Below are positions 25,158 to 32,000 of a DNA stretch of 32,000 bases, in pieces. The stretch covers positions 180,001 to 212,000 of the forward strand of contig JAUVVC010000003.1 in NCBI GenBank assembly GCA_030604855.1, written 5' to 3'. The stretch is from Erysipelotrichaceae bacterium (GTDB lineage Bacteria; Bacillota_I; Bacilli_A; Erysipelotrichales; Erysipelotrichaceae). Both the position numbers and the translations under genes were made by a program. How positions within the stretch are numbered: position 1 is the stretch's first letter; each line of letters opens with the position of its first letter. The notes beneath the pieces were generated by a model that saw only the letters and a list, made by a program, of their open reading frames with translations, was not told where the DNA came from and searched no databases.

Positions 25158-26465
25158 CTAAAAGCTTTCTACAAGGACTTCCTTAAAGATTTCACCAAGG
25201 CTGGGGTGGGCATAAATGAGTTTGGGAATATCGCGCATATCCAGCTCGAGATCCATCATCAGGATACAAGTATTGATGAGTTCGCTGGCATCACTGGATA
25301 AGATTTCAACCCCGATCAGATGGTAGTGTTCATCGATGATGAGTTTGAGATAGGCTCTGCGATTGATCTTGATTTTCTGCTTTGCCAAACTGCTGATGAG
25401 GACTTTCTTGACTTGAACCTTCAGATTCATTTGTTTGGCTTGGTCCTCACTGAGACCGGCATACGCTGCCTGCATCGGTGTGTAGATGACATACGGGATG
25501 GTTTTCTTCTGAATCGCTTTATTATGGGTTATGAAATCAATGATCTGCTCACCCAGATCACTTGCGACATGTGCAAGCTGGACAGCGCCGGACACATCCC
25601 CGATCGCATAGATATGAGGAACGGTGGTCTGATAACGTTCATTGACAACGATGGCTTTGTTTGTGGATTGAACACTCGTTTTTTCTAATCCAAGTTCACT
25701 GAAATTGCCGATGCGACCAGTCGCTTCAATGCATTGATCGAACTCGTATGTTTCACTTTCCGTTTTGATGATGAAGTGATCCGTATGTTCGATGGCTGTG
25801 ATTTTTGTATTGGTGTGGATTTGGATGCTGTATTGTTTCAACTCGCGCTCTAGGGCTAAGGACAAGTCCTTGGGGGCTTGAATAAGGCAACGTGGTGCAA
25901 TGTCGAAGAGATGGACGGAATGACCCATCATGGCCAGGAAACTTGCAAGCTCCACACCAATGACACCCGCTCCGATCAAAGCGATGCGTTGCTCACGTTG
26001 AAAAGGCTTATTCAAGACATCCCAGCTTTCCAATATGTCAGCGTGCGGATAGAATCGTTGAGCTTTAGCGCCGGTCGCAATGATGAACACATCGGCGGTG
26101 TAGCAATTGCCCTCCGCGTCTTTCACATGGTGGTTGTCTTCAAATTGGACAGCGGTATGCATCAATTGAATCTTGGCTTGCGTCAAGCTTCGTTCAAGTT
26201 GTGTCTTCAACTCATTTTGTATCGTGGATTTATGTGCATACACGGCATCCACGGAATCCAATATCTTCAACTCGGGATTGAAATGTTTGCTTTGATAGAG
26301 ATGATGGGCATCTTCCAAAAGACTTTTCGTCGGAATACAGCCCTCATTCAAACACACGCCACCTGTATGATCATTGGTGAAAAGAATGACCTCATGACCT
26401 TCCTGACGCGCTTTAAAAGCTGTCGTATAACCGGCTGGGCCGGCTCCGATGATGATGATTTTCAT
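25158..26465 (-). CDS. lpdA: Dihydrolipoyl dehydrogenase-like flavoprotein (putative L protein)
   Basis: IIIGAGPAGY FAD motif, GGVCLNEGCIPTK redox-active disulfide, a second GAGVIGVELA motif, and C-terminal YAHPSLGEIFKE (HP..E dyad). At 435 aa it is somewhat short for the family. Confidence 0.85.
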   Translation of the reverse strand: MKIIIIGAGPAGYTTAFKARQEGHEVILFTNDHTGGVCLNEGCIPTKSLLEDAHHLYQSKHFNPELKILDSVDAVYAHKSTIQNELKTQLERSLTQAKIQLMHTAVQFEDNHHVKDAEGNCYTADVFIIATGAKAQRFYPHADILESWDVLNKPFQREQRIALIGAGVIGVELASFLAMMGHSVHLFDIAPRCLIQAPKDLSLALERELKQYSIQIHTNTKITAIEHTDHFIIKTESETYEFDQCIEATGRIGNFSELGLEKTSVQSTNKAIVVNERYQTTVPHIYAIGDVSGAVQLAHVASDLGEQIIDFITHNKAIQKKTIPYVIYTPMQAAYAGLSEDQAKQMNLKVQVKKVLISSLAKQKIKINRRAYLKLIIDEHYHLIGVEILSSDASELINTCILMMDLELDMRDIPKLIYAHPSLGEIFKEVLVESF

Positions 26466-27430
26466 AATGTGATGCCTTGATCGTGCAAGGCTTGGATGAG
26501 ATCTGATACAGTAGGGTCATTGAGACGGCTGAGAGCTTTTATCAATTCAGCCTCATTGGCCTCAATGCCCAACACGCAACTCTCAATCTTTCGCGACCAC
26601 TCCGTATCCATCGCATCCGTATAGAGATGATTGTCACGGATGAGGCCATTGTGCACATCCATCTGCCATTCGACGCAACCAAAATCGAAACATTCACTGA
26701 AGACCACTTTTTCATTGCGGTGAAGATTATACAGCCAGGTTTCGTTGCTAAAGGCTTCCACAAGCAAGGGATCAAATGAGAAGGGGATATTGCAGAATTG
26801 CGCGCGGACTTGATACACCTTTTCCATTGTATCGAAGAGATGCGTTTTCAATTGATCGATCGTTATCGGGATGATTTCATTCAGATTGGCGATTCTCGCC
26901 GCAACAGAAGCGACATTCTTCCGTTTAAGTTTCTTTGGGTTCACATTCAGATACAAGCCTAGTTTGGCTTTATCCACATTGACCAAAAGTGTCCCATGAT
27001 GAAGATGCATGCCACTCTGATGGGCAAAGGCATTGCCGGATACTTTGGCACCATCGACTTCAATGTCATTGCGTCCATTGACTTGGGCGTTATAGCCAAG
27101 ATCACACAAAGCTTGGGCGATCACTTGCATCTGCTTGGGAATGTCAAAAACGGAATCGTCACCGATGAATGTGAAATTCAAGTTGCCGAGATCATGATAG
27201 ACCGCACCTCCTCCGGAGGTACGACGGGCTAAGCTTCCCTTGTCTTCTTTGAGTTTCTTTAGATGGACTTCGCTTTGAGCGCTTTGGTTCTTACCGATGA
27301 CGACGGTATGTTCGTTCTGCCATAGATAAAAACGGATGGTGGCTTCTGGACAGCTTTCCATCAAGTGTTTCTCTAAAGCAAGATTATAATGCGGGTTATG
27401 ATTTAAAGATGTGTAGTATTCAAGTTTCAT
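26462..27430 (-). CDS. lplA: Lipoate--protein ligase
   Basis: NPHYNLALEKHL, RRTSGGGAVYHDLGN and KVSGNAFA motifs of LplA/LplJ. I prefer ATG 27430 (AGGTGA 5 nt upstream) over the track GTG at 27439. ATGA overlap with lpdA. Confidence 0.9.
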   Translation of the reverse strand: MKLEYYTSLNHNPHYNLALEKHLMESCPEATIRFYLWQNEHTVVIGKNQSAQSEVHLKKLKEDKGSLARRTSGGGAVYHDLGNLNFTFIGDDSVFDIPKQMQVIAQALCDLGYNAQVNGRNDIEVDGAKVSGNAFAHQSGMHLHHGTLLVNVDKAKLGLYLNVNPKKLKRKNVASVAARIANLNEIIPITIDQLKTHLFDTMEKVYQVRAQFCNIPFSFDPLLVEAFSNETWLYNLHRNEKVVFSECFDFGCVEWQMDVHNGLIRDNHLYTDAMDTEWSRKIESCVLGIEANEAELIKALSRLNDPTVSDLIQALHDQGITL

Positions 27431-27513
27431 TGGATTCACCTGTTCAAATTATACCAAAAGCACAGAACTATTCGTAGCGAAAACAATGTGCTAAACTAGC
27501 GACAGGTGAAAAT

Positions 27514-27774
27514 ATGAAAGAACTGATTTTTTTTGAACTAAAATCCTGCCCCTATTGCATCCGGGCAAACACGTATTTGAATGAACTGCTGCATGATCCG
27601 AAGTACCAATCCATCTCCATTCGCAAGATCGATGAAGCGAAGGAGAAAGCCTTGGCCAACCAATATGATTATTATCTGGTCCCAACATTCTATTACCAGG
27701 ATGAGAAATTGTTTGAAGGCATCATGCGTAAAGAAGATGTTCAGAGGGTATTGGAAGCCGTATTGGCAAAATAA
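27514..27774 (+). CDS. Glutaredoxin-like thioredoxin-fold protein
   Basis: 86 aa, with a CPYC active-site motif near the N-terminus (LKSCPYCIRA) and VPTFY downstream. Confidence 0.75.
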   Translation: MKELIFFELKSCPYCIRANTYLNELLHDPKYQSISIRKIDEAKEKALANQYDYYLVPTFYYQDEKLFEGIMRKEDVQRVLEAVLAK

Positions 27775-27794
27775 AAAGGCATGAGCCTTTTTTT
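27773..27794. terminator. Bidirectional terminator between convergent genes
   Basis: AAAAAGGC-ATGA-GCCTTTTT with flanking A and T runs. It overlaps both stop codons. Confidence 0.7.
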
Positions 27795-28443
27795 ACAATA
27801 TGAGAATGAAATAGAGAAGGGATACCAACATGGGGATGAAGAGATTATCGATCCCATGGGGAGAGATTGCCTCCACGAGCGTGGCGACGAGGGCTAGACT
27901 GCCGATATGCATCCAGTTCAAATTTTGAAAGACAAACATTTGATAGATTCCGATCACAAACATAGAAGCGACGAACATCGCGAAGCTGCCTTCAAGCGTC
28001 TTATGTCCTTTGAAGATCGTGTAGGGATGTTTACCGAAGAATTGACCAATGATAGCCGCAAAGCCATCCCCATAAGCCATGACCAACAAACCAACCCCAC
28101 CAACGATGTGAAGACTGGGTGTGCTGAACGTCAAAGCTGTGATCAAGAGGACGGCGATCGCATAATGAATCGTTCCCCAATTGGAATGACGACGTTTCGA
28201 ATTGATGGCAGGAATCCAATTGTATGCGACATTTAAGCTGTTGAAGAGGATGAAGAAGACCGGTGCGACCAAAGCCAAGCGGGTGTCTTTGATCAACCAT
28301 GTCGCAATCAACCACCAATTGGCGACCATGATGTGAGCGAAGGTTCGACTCATCTCATAAGGGAGATGGGTAAGTCGCGTAGCGATGCCGATGATGAGAC
28401 CGATGTAGAGCATCGATACGAAAAGACCAATTATACTTTCCAA
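27793..28443 (-). CDS. Polytopic membrane protein of the CTP-dependent diacylglycerol/polyprenol kinase (COG0170, dolichol-kinase-like) / CdsA-related family
   Basis: YGDGFAAIIGQFFGKH...GHKTLEGSFAMF motif pattern, with about 6 hydrophobic segments. TTG start with GGAGG 6 nt upstream. Confidence 0.6.
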   Translation of the reverse strand: MESIIGLFVSMLYIGLIIGIATRLTHLPYEMSRTFAHIMVANWWLIATWLIKDTRLALVAPVFFILFNSLNVAYNWIPAINSKRRHSNWGTIHYAIAVLLITALTFSTPSLHIVGGVGLLVMAYGDGFAAIIGQFFGKHPYTIFKGHKTLEGSFAMFVASMFVIGIYQMFVFQNLNWMHIGSLALVATLVEAISPHGIDNLFIPMLVSLLYFILIL

Positions 28444-28518
28444 AATAAACCTCCATTATGTCTCACTTAAGTGTAAAATCGAGCAAATTATATCGTCTTT
28501 TTGACAAAAGCACAAGAA

Positions 28519-29301
28519 TTAGTGAACGCGATAGATCTCGATGATGAAACTTAGCTCTGTTTCTAGGGTATTTTGAAGCTGTAGATTTGCCAAAGCTTCA
28601 GCTTTTGTCTTGAAGCGGTAGGGGGTCATGGTCAATAGGTTTTGAATCATTTCTGTGCTGTTCAGCCTCAATAAATGATCGAACTTCATGGACTCGATCA
28701 ATTCAAAACGCGTATCGTTTATCGTAGTGTTTGGATTCAAACGAACCGTTTCATAGAGGACTTCCTTGAGTCCGTAAAGGTGACGAGGACCTGGAGTGAC
28801 ACAGATGAAATAACCTCCAGATTTGACGATGCGAGAAACTTCATCGAGCTTGTATGGTGCAAAGATGCACAAGGCCCCATCCATACTTCTATCCATCAAA
28901 GGTGTATCGGCAATGCTGGCACAGAAGTAGGTCGCTTTGGAAGCCTTGCTTGCGATCTTTAGTGCGGTCTTGGAAAGATCCAAGCCGATCCACTGTGTCT
29001 CAGACTCCGCCAAGGCATTAGTATAATAGCCTTCACCACAACCCAGATCAACACAAACGTTCAGCTTCAATGCCTTGAAGATCTCAACCAGGGCATCTCT
29101 AAGAAAGCTGTAATGACCTGCATTTAAAAAGGCGTGTCGCGCCTTGATCATATCAGGGTGATCACCCAAGATGCGTGCGCTGTTGGAGCTTAAAAGATGG
29201 GTGTAACCTTGTTTGGATATATCGAAACTGTGTTTGTTTTGACACACCCATGAATGCTCAGAGCGCTTGAGCTGGGAGTTGCAATGTGGGCATTTGAACA
29301 T
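28519..29301 (-). CDS. rlmA: 23S rRNA (guanine-N1)-methyltransferase RlmA family
   Basis: N-terminal zinc motif MFKCPHCNSQL...WVCQNKHSFDISKQGY and SAM motif VDLGCGEGYY. I prefer ATG 29301 by comparison with the RlmA N-terminus. No clear SD; 29319 or 29328 remain possible. Confidence 0.8.
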   Translation of the reverse strand: MFKCPHCNSQLKRSEHSWVCQNKHSFDISKQGYTHLLSSNSARILGDHPDMIKARHAFLNAGHYSFLRDALVEIFKALKLNVCVDLGCGEGYYTNALAESETQWIGLDLSKTALKIASKASKATYFCASIADTPLMDRSMDGALCIFAPYKLDEVSRIVKSGGYFICVTPGPRHLYGLKEVLYETVRLNPNTTINDTRFELIESMKFDHLLRLNSTEMIQNLLTMTPYRFKTKAEALANLQLQNTLETELSFIIEIYRVH

Positions 29302-29367
29302 GATGCTTAATTTTATCATAGATGACAAAGTTTGACACTTTGTTTATACTGAAGTGGAGGTGTGAAT

Positions 29368-30117
29368 ATGAAATTTGTATCATGGAATGTGAATGGGATA
29401 AGAGCCATTTTCAATAAGGGATTTGAAGATATTTTTAATGATTTTGATGCGGACTTCTTTTGTCTTCAAGAAACGAAGATGCAGGAAGGGCAATTTGATT
29501 TCAGCCCTAAAGGATATTTGAAGTATTTCAATTATGCGGAAAAGAAAGGGTATTCTGGGACAGCGATCTATACCCGTCATGAACCGATGTCGGTTCGTTA
29601 TGGAATCAATGTGGAGGAACATGACCATGAAGGTCGTGTCGTGACCTTGGAATACGATCGTTTCTTTTTAGTTTGTGTGTACACGCCCAATGCGCAGGAA
29701 GAACTCAGACGTTTGAGTTATCGTATGGATTGGGAAGATGCCTTCAGAGCCTATTTGCTTGAATTGGATCAATTCAAACCGGTCATCCTTTGTGGCGATT
29801 TGAATGTAGCCCATGAAGAAATCGACCTTAAGAATCCCAAGACCAATCGTAAAAACCCAGGTTTCTCGGATGAGGAACGTGCTAAGTTTACCGAGCTGTT
29901 GAGTGTGGGCTTCATCGATACCTTCAGAACCTTGTATCCTGAGAAGGTTCAATATTCTTGGTGGTCGTATCGGATGCGTGCACGTGAAAACAATACGGGA
30001 TGGAGAATTGATTACTTCGTCATTTCAGAGCGTTTGAAAACGGAGTTAAAGGAAGCGTTGATTCATGATGACGTGTTTGGATCGGACCATTGTCCCGTAT
30101 CCATCGAGGTGTTCTAA
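29368..30117 (+). CDS. exoA: Exodeoxyribonuclease III (AP endonuclease, Xth/ExoA family)
   Basis: MKFVSWNVNGIRA, FCLQETK, GDLNVAH and SDHCPV motifs. ATG 29368 has GGAGG 7 nt upstream; the track start at 29362 is GTG. Confidence 0.9.
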   Translation: MKFVSWNVNGIRAIFNKGFEDIFNDFDADFFCLQETKMQEGQFDFSPKGYLKYFNYAEKKGYSGTAIYTRHEPMSVRYGINVEEHDHEGRVVTLEYDRFFLVCVYTPNAQEELRRLSYRMDWEDAFRAYLLELDQFKPVILCGDLNVAHEEIDLKNPKTNRKNPGFSDEERAKFTELLSVGFIDTFRTLYPEKVQYSWWSYRMRARENNTGWRIDYFVISERLKTELKEALIHDDVFGSDHCPVSIEVF

Positions 30118-31310
30118 TGTTTGAAGAAATCGTACCGGAGTTTCGTTTGAATGAACAGGAAGTATTGGACATTAAGGCAAGCAAAGCACCAAAGAAACAA
30201 TACTGTCCTTATTTTGAAGAATGTGGCGGCTGCCAGTTGTTAAGTTGGGACTATGCCAAGCAAGTGGAATGGAAGAAAGCCAAACTCAATGAGACTTTTA
30301 AGCGTGAGCTGCCTTTCATAGAGGCGGAAAGCATCACGGCGTATCGACATAAAAACAATTTTTCGTATAAACAAGATAAGTTGAACATCATCGCAGGTTA
30401 TTTCAAACCGAAATCGCATCGTTTGATGAACATCAAGCATTGTTTGATTCAAGATCCTACCGCTGAGAAAATCTTCTTAGACATTAAAGAAATCATGCGT
30501 AAGACACGCATCCAACCTTATGATGAAATGAAGGGTGAAGGCGTACTTCGACATGCTTTGGTTCGTGTATCCCATGCGACGAAGGAAGTCATGCTTACCT
30601 TGGTGGTGGGACAAAGTCCTTATCCAGGTCGTAAGAACTTCATTCAAGCGATTCGGAACGCACACCCCGAAATCACGACGATCATTGAAAATGTGCATCC
30701 CGAGAGAAGTCCTTATCTCTTAGGGAAAAAAGACAGTGTGGTGTTTGGGCGTGGAACCATTGAGGAACATCTCCTAGACAAAACATTCTTCCTTCAATCC
30801 AAAACATTCTTTCAGGTTCATGTGCCTCAGGCAGAGAAACTCTTTAGCGAACTGCTGAAGCGTGGTTCGTTCAGCTCAGAAGATGTGGTGGTGGATGCGT
30901 ATGCAGGGGTCGGCGTCATCGGTATGCTGGTGGCGGACCAAGTCAAAGCTGTAATCAGTGTTGAAAGCAACCCGGATTCGATCGCCGTCGGGCAAAAGAA
31001 TGCGAAGTATAACAAACTTGAGAACATGCGTTTCATTAAAGCAGATGCGACGCAATGGATTCAAGAGACCAAAGAAGCGTTCAATGTCTTGATTATGGAT
31101 CCTCCACGATCAGGAGCGGGTGAGGGCTTCATGATTGAAGTGTTAAAGAAAGCCCCTAAGAAGATCATTTACATCTCATGTAATCCTTTGACACAAGTTC
31201 AAGATATCCGTATTTTAGGCAAACGTTATGTCGTCAAGGATAACTTTGGCATTGATTTGTTTCCACAGACGGTTCATGTGGAATCGGTGTTGATTCTAGA
31301 ACGCGTATGA
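30117..31310 (+). CDS. 23S rRNA (uracil-C5)-methyltransferase, RumA/RlmCD family (no obvious TRAM domain)
   Basis: CPYFEECGGCQ Fe-S motif, DAYAGVG SAM motif, DPPRSG and ISCNP catalytic motifs. ATG 30117 overlaps the exoA stop (TAATG), with GAGGTG 5 nt upstream. Confidence 0.85.
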   Translation: MFEEIVPEFRLNEQEVLDIKASKAPKKQYCPYFEECGGCQLLSWDYAKQVEWKKAKLNETFKRELPFIEAESITAYRHKNNFSYKQDKLNIIAGYFKPKSHRLMNIKHCLIQDPTAEKIFLDIKEIMRKTRIQPYDEMKGEGVLRHALVRVSHATKEVMLTLVVGQSPYPGRKNFIQAIRNAHPEITTIIENVHPERSPYLLGKKDSVVFGRGTIEEHLLDKTFFLQSKTFFQVHVPQAEKLFSELLKRGSFSSEDVVVDAYAGVGVIGMLVADQVKAVISVESNPDSIAVGQKNAKYNKLENMRFIKADATQWIQETKEAFNVLIMDPPRSGAGEGFMIEVLKKAPKKIIYISCNPLTQVQDIRILGKRYVVKDNFGIDLFPQTVHVESVLILERV

Positions 31311-31313
31311 TTT

Positions 31314-31347
31314 AAAAGGTTCCTCACATGTGCTGGGAACCTTTTTT
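31314..31347. terminator. Bidirectional terminator between convergent genes
   Basis: AAAAGGTTCC, 12-nt loop, GGAACCTTTT followed by TT. Confidence 0.7.
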
Positions 31348-31367
31348 ACGGTATAAATGGGAATGTT

Positions 31368-31658
31368 CTAAAATGAATAACGTCGTGGACGCTTGGTTCT
31401 GCGTGATGCCAATAAGAGAAACAAGATTCCCAAGATGAGAAACATCAAACTGATTCCAAGGATCCAAAAAGCACGATCGATGAAATACCAAGCATTGACT
31501 TGTGTTTCAAATAAGGCAACCAAGCCTAAAAGGATGAGCCCTCGGGGTGGTTTGGGGCTATGAATGAGGTTGAGTAATGCTGTGATTAAGTCGATTTGCA
31601 TCAAAATGGCCAAGATAAGGAGGATGAAAGATGTCATATATAGGAATGTTTTTTGCAT
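31368..31658 (-). CDS. Hypothetical small membrane protein (about 3 TM segments)
   Basis: ORF track. Strongly hydrophobic with a basic C-terminus (RRTKRPRRYSF). No family recognised. Confidence 0.5.
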   Translation of the reverse strand: MQKTFLYMTSFILLILAILMQIDLITALLNLIHSPKPPRGLILLGLVALFETQVNAWYFIDRAFWILGISLMFLILGILFLLLASRRTKRPRRYSF

Positions 31659-31706
31659 AGCGAGACCCTCGTCTTAAATTCTATCAAAAAACATAAGATA
31701 AGTGTA

Positions 31707-32000
31707 CTAGACATCGAAACTTACGGTGACATTTTGTCCTTGAATGTAGGCGATGCTGTATTCAATGATCTGTCCATCGGGTGCATAGGCGATCGTATCC
31801 AATTTGAAACCTGGTGAACCAGATTCGATTTTGAAATGTTTACACAGTTCATCATTCAACACAACCGCATGAATGGTTCGTTTGGCGTAGTCCACGACAT
31901 TCATCGGATGATTGCTGAGATACTGTGAGATGGAAGTTTTACTCGTGTCAAGATGTTCGAGTTCCGGAAATAACTGAAGGGGTCGATAGAACTCAAAATA
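31707..32000 (-). CDS. 3' part of a GntR (HutC subfamily) regulator gene: UTRA effector domain; the 5' part lies outside the window
   Basis: The frame stays open from 31904 to the window edge (YFEFYRPLQLFPELEHLDTSKTSISQYLSNHP MNVVDYAKRTIHAVVLNDELCKHFKIESGSPGFKLDTIAYAPDGQIIEYSIAYIQG...), a UTRA-like pattern. Confidence 0.6.
   Translation of the reverse strand, partial: YFEFYRPLQLFPELEHLDTSKTSISQYLSNHPMNVVDYAKRTIHAVVLNDELCKHFKIESGSPGFKLDTIAYAPDGQIIEYSIAYIQGQNVTVSFDV

Noticed and set aside
25878-26480. 200-aa plus-strand ORF inside lpdA
   Set aside because: It is fully antisense to a gene with clear flavoprotein motifs, has no SD, and its composition is typical of a shadow frame.
27434-27511. 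9-nt inverted repeat TTCACCTGT / ACAGGTGAA flanking the lplA-glutaredoxin divergent intergenic region
   Set aside because: Each copy is just the AGGTGA Shine-Dalgarno context of one of the two divergent genes. They lie on different transcripts, so no hairpin can form, and I recognise no regulator motif.
1-32000. Scan for tRNA, rRNA, CRISPR arrays, prophage or integron features
   Set aside because: I saw no T-loop or acceptor-stem context (a GGTTCGATT near 3745 lies inside the HD-GYP coding sequence), no regularly spaced direct repeats, and no integrase or recombinase other than IS200 tnpA.

Overview
This looks like a chromosomal segment from a low-GC Gram-positive (Bacillota-like) organism. 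The pointers are AGGAGG-type Shine-Dalgarno sites, CIRCE operators, an IS200 copy and a CBS-type family II pyrophosphatase. About 38 protein genes are tightly packed, mostly housekeeping, and many are translationally coupled through ATGA or TAATG overlaps.

Genes, left to right:
- c-di-GMP turnover: the 3' end of an EAL-domain gene with a coupled small ORF, then a membrane GAF/HD-GYP sensor.
- A GlpA-like flavoprotein, a second flavoprotein and a DUF1667 protein, as a three-gene cluster.
- An hsp20 gene behind two CIRCE operators.
- An Fnr-like regulator followed by a DUF438 hemerythrin/PAS gene with a class II-type TGTGA-N6-TCAC box.
- Sugar-kinase and oxidoreductase genes, uppP and a CBS-pyrophosphatase.
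- A Nudix gene divergent from a HAD-phosphatase / HEPN-like-CBS two-gene operon.
- A complete IS200-type element carrying tnpA only.
- A glycine-cleavage locus, lplA-lpdA-[tandem glycine riboswitch]-gcvT-gcvH-gcvPA-gcvPB.
- rRNA methyltransferase genes, exoA and the 3' end of a GntR/UTRA regulator gene.

I found no tRNA, rRNA or CRISPR.

The most unusual locus is 18102-20008, next to the IS200. It has a HAD phosphatase gene overlapping a gene whose product combines an N-terminal domain with a HEPN-like R-x4-H motif (DLRNAIVH) and a CBS pair. The frame stays open past the TGA stop and encodes a transmembrane helix. A strongly SD-led 23-codon hydrophobic ORF follows.

All functional calls rest on motif recognition by eye; no database search was run.
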